DNA of 38,382 bases, taken from assembly GCA_046710875.1 (NCBI GenBank), contig JBKEHQ010000004.1, forward strand, positions 1-38,382, read 5' to 3'. How positions within the stretch are numbered: position 1 is the first letter of the stretch; the number at the start of each line of letters is the position of its first letter. A model generated the notes under the pieces. It searched no databases. It saw nothing but the letters and a program-made list of their open reading frames with translations, and was not told the origin of the DNA. The position numbers and the translations under genes are program-made. This document shows positions 25,286 through 35,998 of this stretch, piece by piece. This DNA comes from Candidatus Thalassarchaeaceae archaeon. GTDB lineage: Archaea > Thermoplasmatota > Poseidoniia > Poseidoniales > Thalassarchaeaceae.

Positions 25286-27358
25286 ATGTCCCAAATAAAT
25301 ACTCAGCAAATGGGTCGATTGACCGCTGCTGGAAGTAAAAGTAAAATTGATGATGTAGTTGATGCATTAGCAAATCTTAATGCTTTACATTTCATAGAAT
25401 ATGATGGTTCGGAGGATGGGATTGACCTAGGGACTCCTAAGGACGAGGCCGAAATAATTGGAAAAAGGTTGTCAAAGTTACGTTCTGCAGCATCAATCGT
25501 AAATGCCAAAGGGCCGAGTGAACAAGTGCCAGTAAACAAAGTTCGTTCAGAACTCGACGGATCTTTGATAGATGCAGTAGAATTATTACTTGAGAAGAGT
25601 ACAAAACTTGATATTGCTGAGAATCAACTATCTTCTTTAATCGAGCAAATACAAGTTTTGGAATTATTGTCTTCTTTGGATATTGATGTTGAATTATTAT
25701 CTGATTATGACAATATCACTTCATTTGTAGGTACGGTTTCAGATATTGATATAGTCGAAAACATGGGATATGATGGACTACTATTCACAGGAATATCCAA
25801 TAAAATTAAAGTAATAGCCATATTTATCAAAAATAAAGATTCCCATCATATACAATCTAAATTAAATAATGCTGGATTTCAAGCAATCAATGTTCCAATT
25901 AACCAAAAAGGAAATGCAAACTCGTTACTATCAGAATCAAAAATAAAATTCTCTACAATTTCCGAAGAAAAAAAATCTATTTCTGACGATATAGATTCAT
26001 GGTCTGAAGATTTTGGGGCCTCTTTAGTATGTGGTTTAGAATTGCTAGAAAGAGAACATGATATCTTGACTGCACCAGTTAAAATAGGAGTATCAAATCA
26101 TGCATTTTTGATAGATGGTTGGATCGAAATGTCTCGTTCGAATGAGGTTTTATCGGCTTTAGCCGATTCTTGCCTTTACATGGAAGTTTCTCCGTTTGTT
26201 ATTGAAGCTGGAAATGGGGGGCACGGGCATTCAGATCACGCTATTAAAAAAGAAATGCCTCCAATTGCTTATGCAAATAGAAAAATAAGTAAGCCAATGG
26301 AACTACTCACAAATGCAGTCGGTAGGCCGGCTTATGGTAGGATTGATCCAACTTTATTTATGTTTTTCACTTATCCATTATTTTTTGGAATGATGCTTGG
26401 AGATATGGCATATGGATTGATCACAATGAGTCTCGGCGCACTAGTAATACAACGTTCAGGTTCAAACGAAATGATGAATTTAGGTGGAAAATTCCTAGTT
26501 TACATAGGTTTAGGAACCTTTGGTTTTGGTTACCTTTATGCTGAATTTGCAGGATGGGAAATAATTCATCCTCATCATAATAACCCGGCAGAAGCACTTT
26601 CCTTCTTGTATCCGGAAGCTGCTTTATCTTCATCTCATAATTATCATGCTTGGCATAAATCACTACCATTTGGTATAGAATTGGCTTATCCATTCCATCG
26701 CGTTACGACTAATCTGGAAGATTTAATAATATTGACAATATATCTTGGTTTTGTACATATTATATTTGGTAGATTAATAGGTTTCAGAGATGTATTATTC
26801 TACGGCACTGATCATGGCCATGTAGGTTTACTGGCTGCATTTTTTGAACATGGTGTATGGATTGTTTTGCTCCTCGGTGGCTTTATGTTCTCATATGGTT
26901 ACCTCGGTCCAAGTGAGGCAGAAGATATGATGATTCCAGGGGCTGTAATTGCCATAATAGCAGTGTTTATGCTAATGTGGACTCTATATAATTATCATGG
27001 CATACCATTGGCGATAAGTTTAATTTTGGCACCAATCGAAGCAATAGGTATGATGCCGTCAGTAATATCTTATGTACGGATATTTGCTGTCGGGATCGTT
27101 GGAGTTAAAATAGCCGAAACGGGCAACATGTTGTGGGATCCAATGAAAGATGCCCTCTTAGAATATAATCCATTAGCTATAGTATTATTTTTAGGTTGGT
27201 TATTAGTCCAATTATTCGCATGGGGCCTCGGAGTATTTAGTCCTAACATCCATGCAGCCAGGCTTCATTTTGTAGAATGGATGAGGCAATATTATGATTC
27301 TAGCGGAGAGGTATTCTTGCCCTTCGGTTTTCGAACTCGCCACGTGGAGGTTGAGTGA
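25286..27358 (+). CDS. atpI: A/V-type ATP synthase subunit I (a)
   Basis: IDGW, P.Y..IDPT, FFGMMLGD..YG, essential Arg in SYVRIFA, and IHAARLHFVEW. Confidence 0.93.
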   Translation: MSQINTQQMGRLTAAGSKSKIDDVVDALANLNALHFIEYDGSEDGIDLGTPKDEAEIIGKRLSKLRSAASIVNAKGPSEQVPVNKVRSELDGSLIDAVELLLEKSTKLDIAENQLSSLIEQIQVLELLSSLDIDVELLSDYDNITSFVGTVSDIDIVENMGYDGLLFTGISNKIKVIAIFIKNKDSHHIQSKLNNAGFQAINVPINQKGNANSLLSESKIKFSTISEEKKSISDDIDSWSEDFGASLVCGLELLEREHDILTAPVKIGVSNHAFLIDGWIEMSRSNEVLSALADSCLYMEVSPFVIEAGNGGHGHSDHAIKKEMPPIAYANRKISKPMELLTNAVGRPAYGRIDPTLFMFFTYPLFFGMMLGDMAYGLITMSLGALVIQRSGSNEMMNLGGKFLVYIGLGTFGFGYLYAEFAGWEIIHPHHNNPAEALSFLYPEAALSSSHNYHAWHKSLPFGIELAYPFHRVTTNLEDLIILTIYLGFVHIIFGRLIGFRDVLFYGTDHGHVGLLAAFFEHGVWIVLLLGGFMFSYGYLGPSEAEDMMIPGAVIAIIAVFMLMWTLYNYHGIPLAISLILAPIEAIGMMPSVISYVRIFAVGIVGVKIAETGNMLWDPMKDALLEYNPLAIVLFLGWLLVQLFAWGLGVFSPNIHAARLHFVEWMRQYYDSSGEVFLPFGFRTRHVEVE

Positions 27359-27405
27359 TATCACATTCCAAGCTATTATGCTTAGAAAAAATGGAGGAAA
27401 AAAAT

Positions 27406-27711
27406 ATGAATAATAAAAATAAAATGAGTGGACTAAGTATTGTGCTAGCTATAACATCAATTGTGATGATTGCTAGTGGAGTACAAGCTGAACAAACTGG
27501 AGATATGGCAGTAGCATATGCTAAGCTAGGTGCTGGAATAGCTCTGGGATTATGTGGAATTGGTACTGGTTTAAGCCAAGGCCCTATAGGAGCAGCAGCT
27601 GTAGGCATGATTGCAGAAGATAGTAGTAAGTTCGTTAACGGACTAATCTTTACAGCTTTACCTGAGACCATTGTACTTTTCGGATTCTTAGCTCTATTCT
27701 TACTTAAGTAA
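27406..27711 (+). CDS. atpK: A/V-type ATP synthase subunit K (c, proteolipid) with N-terminal signal-like segment
   Basis: GAGIALGLCGIGTG, SQGPIGAAAVG..AE and LPETIVLFG. GGAGG SD precedes ATG 27406. Confidence 0.92.
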   Translation: MNNKNKMSGLSIVLAITSIVMIASGVQAEQTGDMAVAYAKLGAGIALGLCGIGTGLSQGPIGAAAVGMIAEDSSKFVNGLIFTALPETIVLFGFLALFLLK

Positions 27712-27749
27712 TATCAACGGAGACCAAGAATAAAAAGGAGAGATATTAT

Positions 27750-28307
27750 ATGACATTGGACGCATTAGCATATGAAATTGCAGCACAGGCTAAAGTCGAA
27801 GCTGAATTGATTATTTTGGCGGCTAAAGAACAAGCTAATAAAATTGAAGAACAAGCCAAGATGGAAAATTCATCTTTTTCTACTGATATGAATGTCCGAG
27901 CAGAAAAAGAAAGTGCACAGTTATCGGTGGAACTTGTTGCTTCAGCCAAACAAGCTAATCAAAAGCATCTGTTAATCGCTAGACGTGAAGAACTAGATGC
28001 AACTTGGAATTCTATTCAAGAAATGGTGTCTTCACCAAATCTTGAAGGCCGTTCAGATATTTTAAAATCACTTATGGATGAAGCGAGTAAATCTGGAAAA
28101 GATATGGTTCTTCGTCCGGTTTCAATCGATCGTAAAGCACTCGATGATGGAAATTTTACACTCGGCGAAGATGTAGAGGGACTAGGTGGTTTTGTCCTTG
28201 AATCAAAAGACCGATCAATGGTACTTGACTACCGTTTCGATAATCGTTTAGAAGAAGCATGGAAAAATAATCTAGGTATTGTAAATAAAACATTATTTGA
28301 TAATTAA
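27750..28307 (+). CDS. atpE: A/V-type ATP synthase subunit E
   Basis: N-terminal coiled coil, GLGGFVLES...LDYRF and operon position. Confidence 0.88.
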   Translation: MTLDALAYEIAAQAKVEAELIILAAKEQANKIEEQAKMENSSFSTDMNVRAEKESAQLSVELVASAKQANQKHLLIARREELDATWNSIQEMVSSPNLEGRSDILKSLMDEASKSGKDMVLRPVSIDRKALDDGNFTLGEDVEGLGGFVLESKDRSMVLDYRFDNRLEEAWKNNLGIVNKTLFDN

Positions 28308-28318
28308 AAGGTGATTGT

Positions 28319-29374
28319 ATGGCAGGGGTAGTAAGTGGTCGTTCTAATATTTACAATGCATCAGCTAGGGCTAAAGCTCGCAAGGCATCTCTAATCGACA
28401 CAACCCGCATGCGGCAATTGTTACAATTGGGGCCAGATTCCATTGGCGCAAGTATCGCAGAGTTAGGATATCGAAACGAGATGGATATATATTCTGCCCG
28501 AATGAGTGGTGCGGATGCTGTAGAGGCAGCACTTTTTCATAACCTGGATAACGATTTATCTGAAGTAATGAGATTCTGTCAAGGCCCACTTAAATCGATA
28601 GTTTCAATTTATGTCGATCGATTTGCATATGAGAAAGCTAAAACAGTTCTTAGGGCAGTTAATGGAGGGTGTTCAGATGAATTAATAGAATCTCAGATTC
28701 TACCTTCGGAAAATCCTATGAATACATCATGGCTTGAAATTGTTCGAACTACCGAGACAGTTTCTGAGGCGGCTAATGCAATGTCTGGAACTCCATGGGG
28801 TAATGAATTAGCAAAGCTCGAAGGCTCCGAATCTACGCTTGAAGAAATGGAAGATGCTTTAGATCGTCAATATTACAGTAATGCATTAAAAGTATCTAAG
28901 GGAAAAGACTCTAACATACATTTGATGAAATATATTAGAACTGAAATAGATCACCTTAATATAATTAATCAATTTCGTGAATTACGTCAGAATATTTCTC
29001 CAGACAAACGTTTACAGACGATTATTCAAGGTGGAAGAATTCCTAATTCTGTGATGTTACAGGTATCGCAATCAACATCTCAAGAAACTATAGTCGATGC
29101 CCTTAGGCGCAGTAAATCTTTCGATGATGATGGCTTTGATGAAGCACTTAATCAGTCGAGTATAACTGGTTCACTAGATCCAATTGCATCATTATTGACT
29201 CATAAAAGGCACGCAATGCTAAAGCGCTTTGCGTATCTTAATCCTGTTTCATCATTCCCTGTAATTTACTACATAGAACGTAAAGTGCTTGAGATACAAA
29301 ATCTTCGTCTTCTCGTTCGAGGGAAGGCAATTGGCCTCACGTCCGAGGTTTTAGAATCGCATATGGATTTTTGA
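28319..29374 (+). CDS. atpC: A/V-type ATP synthase subunit C
   Basis: ARAKARKASL, LDRQYY, EIDHLN and KVLEIQNLRLLVRGK. Confidence 0.9.
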   Translation: MAGVVSGRSNIYNASARAKARKASLIDTTRMRQLLQLGPDSIGASIAELGYRNEMDIYSARMSGADAVEAALFHNLDNDLSEVMRFCQGPLKSIVSIYVDRFAYEKAKTVLRAVNGGCSDELIESQILPSENPMNTSWLEIVRTTETVSEAANAMSGTPWGNELAKLEGSESTLEEMEDALDRQYYSNALKVSKGKDSNIHLMKYIRTEIDHLNIINQFRELRQNISPDKRLQTIIQGGRIPNSVMLQVSQSTSQETIVDALRRSKSFDDDGFDEALNQSSITGSLDPIASLLTHKRHAMLKRFAYLNPVSSFPVIYYIERKVLEIQNLRLLVRGKAIGLTSEVLESHMDF

Positions 29375-29385
29375 GGTGAATAATT

Positions 29386-29685
29386 ATGGAAATAGCTGTA
29401 GTAGGTTCTCTTGATTTTACCTTAGGTTTCCAGCTTGCAGGTATTTTGAGATTACATAATCCAAAAAATATCGAGGAATTGACTTCTACAATGAAGTCTT
29501 TATTGAATGAAAAAGAAGTAGGCGTTATTGTGATTGATAACTCTGATCTATTAAACCTACCAGAAAGATTACGAACACAACTTTCTGAAAGTATCACGCC
29601 TACAGTATTGGGCATTGGGACTGAAGAGGATAATACCCTCAGAGAGTCTATCAAATCGGCACTAGGAGTCGATTTGTGGAAGTAA
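29386..29685 (+). CDS. atpF: A/V-type ATP synthase subunit F
   Basis: MEIAVVG..DFTLGFQLAG and IKSALGVDLWK. Confidence 0.93.
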   Translation: MEIAVVGSLDFTLGFQLAGILRLHNPKNIEELTSTMKSLLNEKEVGVIVIDNSDLLNLPERLRTQLSESITPTVLGIGTEEDNTLRESIKSALGVDLWK

Positions 29686-29719
29686 ATCCTAGAAAAAAAT
29701 AAATGGAAGTGAATTAAAT

Positions 29720-31462
29720 ATGAGTGAAGAAAATGGAGTGATTTATCGCATATCTGGACCAGTTGTGACTGCAGTAGGAATATCGCCAAGAATGTATGAA
29801 GTTGTGCGAGTGGGCGATGAAGGTTTGATGGGTGAAGTAATTGAATTACACGGCGACCAATCCGTTATACAGGTATATGAAGAGACATCAGGCGTTAGGC
29901 CCGGTGAGCCAGTTATTAGGACAGGGCAGACTTTATCTGTTCAACTTGGACCAGGTCTTTTGACTAAAATCTATGATGGTATTCAAAGACCTTTACCAGA
30001 ACTTGAGAAAACAATGGGTGTTTTCATCAAAAGAGGTGTCGACGCAGATGGACTTGATTTAGAAAAAATATGGAACTTCAACGCAACTGCAAATATAGGA
30101 GATTCTGTATCTTCAGGAGATATTCTCGGAACGGTTCAGGAAACCAAAACTATTGAACACAGAGTTATGGTCCCACCTGGAACTTCAGGAGTCATTAAGA
30201 GTATTAATTCTGGGGAATTTAATGTTACTCAGACAATTTGTTCATTTGAAGATGGTACGGAAGTTCAGATGATGCAAAAATGGCCAGTTCGAACTCCACG
30301 GCCTTTCACAAAGAAGCACGCACCAGAAGTTCCTTTACAAACAGGTCAAAGAATTTTAGATTTTCTTTTCCCACTTGCAAAAGGGGGAACAGCAGGAATA
30401 CCTGGGCCATTCGGTTCAGGAAAAACAGTTACCCAACAGCAACTGGCGAAGTGGTCAGATGCAGATATAGTTGTATACATTGGATGTGGAGAACGTGGTA
30501 ATGAAATGACTGAAGTTCTTGATGAATTCCCTCACCTTATAGATCCCAAGACAGGAGAGGCATTGATGAATAGGACTACTATGATTGCTAATACTTCGAA
30601 TATGCCGGTCGCAGCAAGAGAAGCTTCCGTGTATACTGGGATTACAATAGCAGAATATTTTAGAGATATGGGCTATGATGTTGCTCTAATGGCAGATTCT
30701 ACTAGTCGTTGGGCTGAAGCAATGAGAGAAATTTCATCCCGTTTAGAAGAGATGCCAGGGGAAGAAGGTTATCCAGCATATCTATCTAGCCGACTTGCAG
30801 AATTCTATGAACGAGCAGGCCGTGTAGAAACACTCGCAGGAGGGGATGGCTCAGTATCTGTGATTGGTGCAGTTTCACCGCCGGGAGGAGATATTTCTGA
30901 ACCAGTAAGCCAAGGAACTCTACGTATTGTTAAAGTATTCTGGGGGTTAGATGCAGGTCTTGCACGTCAAAGGCATTTCCCCGCAATTAATTGGCTAAAT
31001 TCTTATTCACTTTATCCACCTTCGCTTGATCAATGGTACAGGGACAACATTAACAGTAATTTCCCTGAAATTAGGACTGAAATCAGCGCTTTACTTCAAG
31101 TTGAAGCAGAATTACAAGAAATTGTTCAATTAGTTGGTTCCGATGCTTTACCAGTTGATCAACAGTTGACTTTAGAAGTCGCACGTATGATTAGAGAATT
31201 TTTCTTACAACAAAATGCTTTCCATGATGTAGATACATACACTGATTTAAAGTTACAGTATACAATGGCTAACGCCATTCTTACATTCCAAGAAGAATCA
31301 AAGAAAGCACTTGCAGCAGGTGCTTCTCTTGAAGACGTAGTAAATGTGCCAGCGCGAACAGACCTCATGAGAGGAAGGTTCGAATCTGGCTATGACGTTA
31401 AGATTGACAAATTGATAGAAGCTATGAAGGCACAAATTGCTGAGACTATGGAGAATAACTGA
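29720..31462 (+). CDS. atpA: A/V-type ATP synthase subunit A
   Basis: [43 protein letters not shown] and HFPAINW. No intein. Confidence 0.98.
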   Translation: MSEENGVIYRISGPVVTAVGISPRMYEVVRVGDEGLMGEVIELHGDQSVIQVYEETSGVRPGEPVIRTGQTLSVQLGPGLLTKIYDGIQRPLPELEKTMGVFIKRGVDADGLDLEKIWNFNATANIGDSVSSGDILGTVQETKTIEHRVMVPPGTSGVIKSINSGEFNVTQTICSFEDGTEVQMMQKWPVRTPRPFTKKHAPEVPLQTGQRILDFLFPLAKGGTAGIPGPFGSGKTVTQQQLAKWSDADIVVYIGCGERGNEMTEVLDEFPHLIDPKTGEALMNRTTMIANTSNMPVAAREASVYTGITIAEYFRDMGYDVALMADSTSRWAEAMREISSRLEEMPGEEGYPAYLSSRLAEFYERAGRVETLAGGDGSVSVIGAVSPPGGDISEPVSQGTLRIVKVFWGLDAGLARQRHFPAINWLNSYSLYPPSLDQWYRDNINSNFPEIRTEISALLQVEAELQEIVQLVGSDALPVDQQLTLEVARMIREFFLQQNAFHDVDTYTDLKLQYTMANAILTFQEESKKALAAGASLEDVVNVPARTDLMRGRFESGYDVKIDKLIEAMKAQIAETMENN

Positions 31463-31474
31463 GAGGTGTTATAA

Positions 31475-32860
31475 ATGACTGGAAAAGAATATAGAACAAT
31501 TACTGATGTAAAGGGACCTCTTGTGTTCCTAAATAAAACCGAACCTGTTGCATTTGGAGAAATCGTTGAACTGCGACTTACTGATGGAACCTTGAAGAAT
31601 GGCCAAGTACTAGATACATCTGATGACCAAGTCATTGTCCAAGTTTTCGAAGGTACTGCTTCAATTGATAAGCAGACTGGGATTAAATTTCTCGGAGACG
31701 TGTTTAAGTTACCAGTTAGTACTGATATGATTGGCAGAATTCTCGATGGTGCAGGCCGCCCAAGAGATGGTGGTCCTGCAATAGTTCCAGATGAAATGGC
31801 AGATATTATTGGTGCAGCTATAAATCCTTATTCGCGACAGAGTCCAGATACATTTATTCAAACTGGAATATCTGCAATTGATGCGTGCACTTCATTAGTT
31901 CGTGGGCAAAAATTGCCCATCTTTAGTGCATCCGGACTCCCTCACAATGATATCGCGTTACAAATTGCTAGGCAGGCTAAACTAGTTGACAGTGATGACG
32001 ATTTCGTAGTAGTTTTCTGTGCTATGGGGATAACTGCAGAAGAATATAACTTCTTCGTTCATGATTTGGAAAGAACTGGGGCACTCGAGAATGCGTGCCT
32101 TTTCGTCAATCTTGCAGATGATCCTGCTGTAGAGAGATTAATTACTCCTAGGTTGGCCCTTACTGCCGCTGAATATCTTGCTTTTGAAAAGGATTACCAC
32201 GTTTTAGTCATTTATACTGATATGACTAACTATTGTGAATCACTACGTCAAATTGGCGCTGCCCGTGAAGAAGTTCCTGGACGTAGGGGATATCCTGGTT
32301 ATATGTATACAGATTTAGCAATGTTATATGAACGTGCAGGAATAATTAAAGGAAAGAAAGGATCTATCACTCAGTTTCCGATACTTACTATGCCAGGTGA
32401 CGATATCACTCATCCCATACCTGATCTTTCAGGATATATTACCGAAGGGCAGATTGTAATTTCCCGAGAACTACATCAGAAAGGAATATATCCACCGATT
32501 AACGTATTGCCTTCTCTATCTAGGCTTATGAATGCAGGTATTGGTGATGGGAAAACTAGGGAAGATCATAAATCAGTATCTGACCAACTCTACGCAGCTT
32601 ATGCACAGGGAAGGGAATTACGAGGCCTAGTTGCCATTGTAGGTGAAGATGCTCTAAATGAGCGTGACTTACAGTTGCTTAAATTCTCGGATATCTTTGA
32701 AGATAAATTCCTCAGACAAAGTCGAGATGAAGATCGCCCGATTCAAGAAGGAACTCTTGATTTAGCATGGGAATTACTCTCAAATATTGATACAAAGTAT
32801 CTTGTACGTTTAGATCAGAAGTGGATTGATAAATATCATCCTACAGATAAAAAAGAATGA
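31475..32860 (+). CDS. atpB: A/V-type ATP synthase subunit B
   Basis: [41 protein letters not shown] and [13 protein letters not shown]. Confidence 0.98.
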   Translation: MTGKEYRTITDVKGPLVFLNKTEPVAFGEIVELRLTDGTLKNGQVLDTSDDQVIVQVFEGTASIDKQTGIKFLGDVFKLPVSTDMIGRILDGAGRPRDGGPAIVPDEMADIIGAAINPYSRQSPDTFIQTGISAIDACTSLVRGQKLPIFSASGLPHNDIALQIARQAKLVDSDDDFVVVFCAMGITAEEYNFFVHDLERTGALENACLFVNLADDPAVERLITPRLALTAAEYLAFEKDYHVLVIYTDMTNYCESLRQIGAAREEVPGRRGYPGYMYTDLAMLYERAGIIKGKKGSITQFPILTMPGDDITHPIPDLSGYITEGQIVISRELHQKGIYPPINVLPSLSRLMNAGIGDGKTREDHKSVSDQLYAAYAQGRELRGLVAIVGEDALNERDLQLLKFSDIFEDKFLRQSRDEDRPIQEGTLDLAWELLSNIDTKYLVRLDQKWIDKYHPTDKKE

Positions 32861-32896
32861 TCATGTTTTGGAAATTATAGTCAGGAGATGAGAAAT

Positions 32897-33514
32897 ATGG
32901 CACTAGATATTAAGCCTACGCGTTCAGAATTAATTAATCTAAAACGTAGGATTAAGCAAACTTCGAGTGGGTACAATCTTCTAAAGATGAAAAGAGATGG
33001 ACTGTTTTTTGAATTCCGAACATTATTGGCAGAGATGATTAAAGCCAGGGAAGAACTTGTTGGAACTTACCGCGATGCGGTAAAATCAATCGCCTTAGCA
33101 TCATCAATAGAAGGTGGATTGGCAGTAAAAAGTGCAGCAATCGCAGCAACCTCGGGGCCTGAAGTAATGGTATCTAGAAGAAACATAATGGGAGTAGTAG
33201 TTCCAAAAGTAGATGGAACAAATCTTACGACAACCGTTGAAACAAGGCCGACAGGAATAATTGGGGGCTCCCCTTATATTGACGAATCCGCCGATGCATA
33301 TTCGATATTAATTTCTAAAATCGTAAAGGCTGCAGAAATGGAAGCTACCTTAAAACGCCTCCTCGAAGAAATAGAGGCGACTAAAAGACGAGTCAATGCC
33401 CTTGAATTCGTTGTGATTCCTGAAATGAAGGAAGCACAATCTTTTATCCAATTAAGATTAGAAGAAATGGAAAGAGAAGAGACGTTCAGGCTAAAGCGAT
33501 TCAAGAATAAGTAA
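32897..33514 (+). CDS. atpD: A/V-type ATP synthase subunit D
   Basis: KPTRSEL, LLKMKRD, RNIMGVVVP and TKRRVNALE. The start is 32897 or 32888. Confidence 0.95.
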   Translation: MALDIKPTRSELINLKRRIKQTSSGYNLLKMKRDGLFFEFRTLLAEMIKAREELVGTYRDAVKSIALASSIEGGLAVKSAAIAATSGPEVMVSRRNIMGVVVPKVDGTNLTTTVETRPTGIIGGSPYIDESADAYSILISKIVKAAEMEATLKRLLEEIEATKRRVNALEFVVIPEMKEAQSFIQLRLEEMEREETFRLKRFKNK

Positions 33515-33577
33515 TACTCATCGTACGAAGTATCTTATCATCAAACATTATCCGTGGAACTATAGAGGTGATTTTAG

Positions 33578-35998
33578 TTGGACGACTCTAAAAGATTATC
33601 ATTGGATACAGAAACTTGGAGTAATCAAGAATTATATGAGGTAATTTCTTCAAGATACTTTATTCTTGGTAATGAGTCATCTAAAATGGGGTCATGGGAA
33701 GTTAAAGGAGCAAATGGGCATAATTCTAGTGAAGCTTTATTATTACTCAATAATCATCTTAAATCCTTGGGTATGATTGGGACTCTGAGTGAGCACTCAA
33801 TCCCAATTCTTACTATTAGGGCCCTACCTCCTTCTGGTGAAACTCTCAAGAAATGGCAGCAATTATCTATTTGGTCATTAATGTCTCTATTTTTAACTAT
33901 TGTCGGTTCAGAATGGTTGGGGAGATATGATCCTAATAAAAATATTTTAAGTATGAATACAATGCAAGAGTCTCTAATTTATTTCACATTACCAGTAATT
34001 TTTTCACTTCTATTTGCTAGCGTATTAAGATCATTTATTGCTAGTAAAAGTAATTTAAAAACAGGACTTATGATCCCAATAATATTTCCAATATTATATC
34101 CTGTATGGCCATTCGGATTAGCAGGATTGATATCTCAAAAAAGAATAGATTTTATACCATTTCCAAATAGGAAAAGGCTAGCTATAATAGAATCTATAGT
34201 TCCTGTTATGATTATTTTTATGGGTTTAATATTTACTATGATTGGTCTAATGTTGACTTCGAATGAACCTCCAGAAATTACCAAATCTCCCATAGTTTTC
34301 ACATCAAGTATTTTATCTCAATTTATTTCATCAATTTTCATTGGAGATATAGTAGAACTAAGGCTTCAATGGCTACATCCTATTGGAATATCTGGCATTG
34401 GTTTATCTATGATTGGATGGATACTACTATTGCCTATTCCTGGATTTCCCGGCGATAGAATTGTTTATTCTTTATTAGGCCAATCAAAGATGGAATCTGG
34501 CAGTCAACAAACAACACTATTCATAGGCTCATTGATATTTATGATAATTATTTTCGCTTCTGTTGATTACCTCCCTTGGCTTTTCTTATCTGCGTTTGCC
34601 GCATGGCAACGTTTTAGTCCTGAAAATGTAGTTGGCCCATTTGTAGTCGATCACAATGACACTCTTAGTCAAGATTTTAAATCAAAATCTACTATCGCAT
34701 TTGTATTAATTTTAATTTTAGGTTTCCCAGGTATCACTCCACTTTCAAATTTAGAAAGTTATGATTCAGGACTTTCTACTGAAAATTGGGATGAAGATAT
34801 ATATTTTATAAATTATGAAAACATAACTATCAATATACCTCTTGAACCTGACGGCATATTGCCGGTCTCTGGTTTTTTACAATTTAGTTTAGAAGGTAGT
34901 AATTCAGATTTGTGGGAAATTACTTCTGATTGTTCTAGTGGTGATGAAATTTGTATATTTAATAATATTACTCAAAATACAGAAAAATATGTACAGATTT
35001 TCCTTACAATGCCAGAAATAATCATGGAAGAAAAAATCTATTTAAAAATAGTAATTGATGTCATAGATAATGAAAAAGAACATCTCATCGAGATATCAAA
35101 TAAAAATTATTCCGGTCCAACACAAGTTTTTTGGGAATTGGTAGAAGATTCCGATACTCCACTTATTTGTACTAAAATAAATATACTTACAGGCGACTTT
35201 GGAAATTTATCAACTAATAATTCATATTGGAAATTTATCAACTCCACGATTCCTGATGAGGGGATCAATGATCTTTGCCTCCGAGGATATGAAGGTGCAA
35301 TAATGTCTTCAAACCGCGTAGATCAACAATTTCGTAAATATGGGCCTTCCATAGAATTCAAAATGGCCAATAATTCAACATTAAATTGGGATATGCCTAT
35401 TGAAAATACTAATCCTAAAATTATGATATCAGGTACCGAATGGCAAATTCCTGAGTGGTTCAATTCAAATAATTCTGAATATTCAATTATGTATGGTCCG
35501 AATAATCCTTCATTTTGTAAATCTATGGATTCAATAAATGAAGTTGGTTCCAATTGGTCTTGGTTAATTGAGGCATATTCACCTATCAAATTTAAACAGG
35601 GGGAAGTCATAAATGGTACTCTGATAATGCCTTCTTCAGGTTGGTTAATATTATGTGATGGTCCAGAAATTATATCAAAATATACATTATCAGAAGGATT
35701 AGATATAATTATTAAAAATAGTTCCATTGGAGAAAAAATAACTAATTCTAATTTTACTATCTCCAACAGGGAATCTAAAAATATGTCAATATCAATTGAG
35801 TGGCATGGAGATTCAATTAATACTGAAATATGGGATGTGGATATTCCTTCGCAGGTTAATTCAAATGATACCGTCCAAATATCTATTAATGAAAAAAGTA
35901 ATGACTTACTTCACAGGGCGGTTTGGGTAAAAGTTGATGATAATGGGATAACTATTCATCTTGCTGCCAGGTGCCCATTACAAGGGTGTTCAACTTGA
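33578..35998 (+). CDS. Site-2 protease (M50)-like multi-pass membrane protein with large C-terminal extracytoplasmic region; catalytic motifs absent
   Basis: PIIFP...PFG..G, PFPNRK, LHPIG..GIG...GW..LLPIPGFPGDRI follow the M50 layout. No HExxH motif. Confidence 0.6.
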   Translation: MDDSKRLSLDTETWSNQELYEVISSRYFILGNESSKMGSWEVKGANGHNSSEALLLLNNHLKSLGMIGTLSEHSIPILTIRALPPSGETLKKWQQLSIWSLMSLFLTIVGSEWLGRYDPNKNILSMNTMQESLIYFTLPVIFSLLFASVLRSFIASKSNLKTGLMIPIIFPILYPVWPFGLAGLISQKRIDFIPFPNRKRLAIIESIVPVMIIFMGLIFTMIGLMLTSNEPPEITKSPIVFTSSILSQFISSIFIGDIVELRLQWLHPIGISGIGLSMIGWILLLPIPGFPGDRIVYSLLGQSKMESGSQQTTLFIGSLIFMIIIFASVDYLPWLFLSAFAAWQRFSPENVVGPFVVDHNDTLSQDFKSKSTIAFVLILILGFPGITPLSNLESYDSGLSTENWDEDIYFINYENITINIPLEPDGILPVSGFLQFSLEGSNSDLWEITSDCSSGDEICIFNNITQNTEKYVQIFLTMPEIIMEEKIYLKIVIDVIDNEKEHLIEISNKNYSGPTQVFWELVEDSDTPLICTKINILTGDFGNLSTNNSYWKFINSTIPDEGINDLCLRGYEGAIMSSNRVDQQFRKYGPSIEFKMANNSTLNWDMPIENTNPKIMISGTEWQIPEWFNSNNSEYSIMYGPNNPSFCKSMDSINEVGSNWSWLIEAYSPIKFKQGEVINGTLIMPSSGWLILCDGPEIISKYTLSEGLDIIIKNSSIGEKITNSNFTISNRESKNMSISIEWHGDSINTEIWDVDIPSQVNSNDTVQISINEKSNDLLHRAVWVKVDDNGITIHLAARCPLQGCST

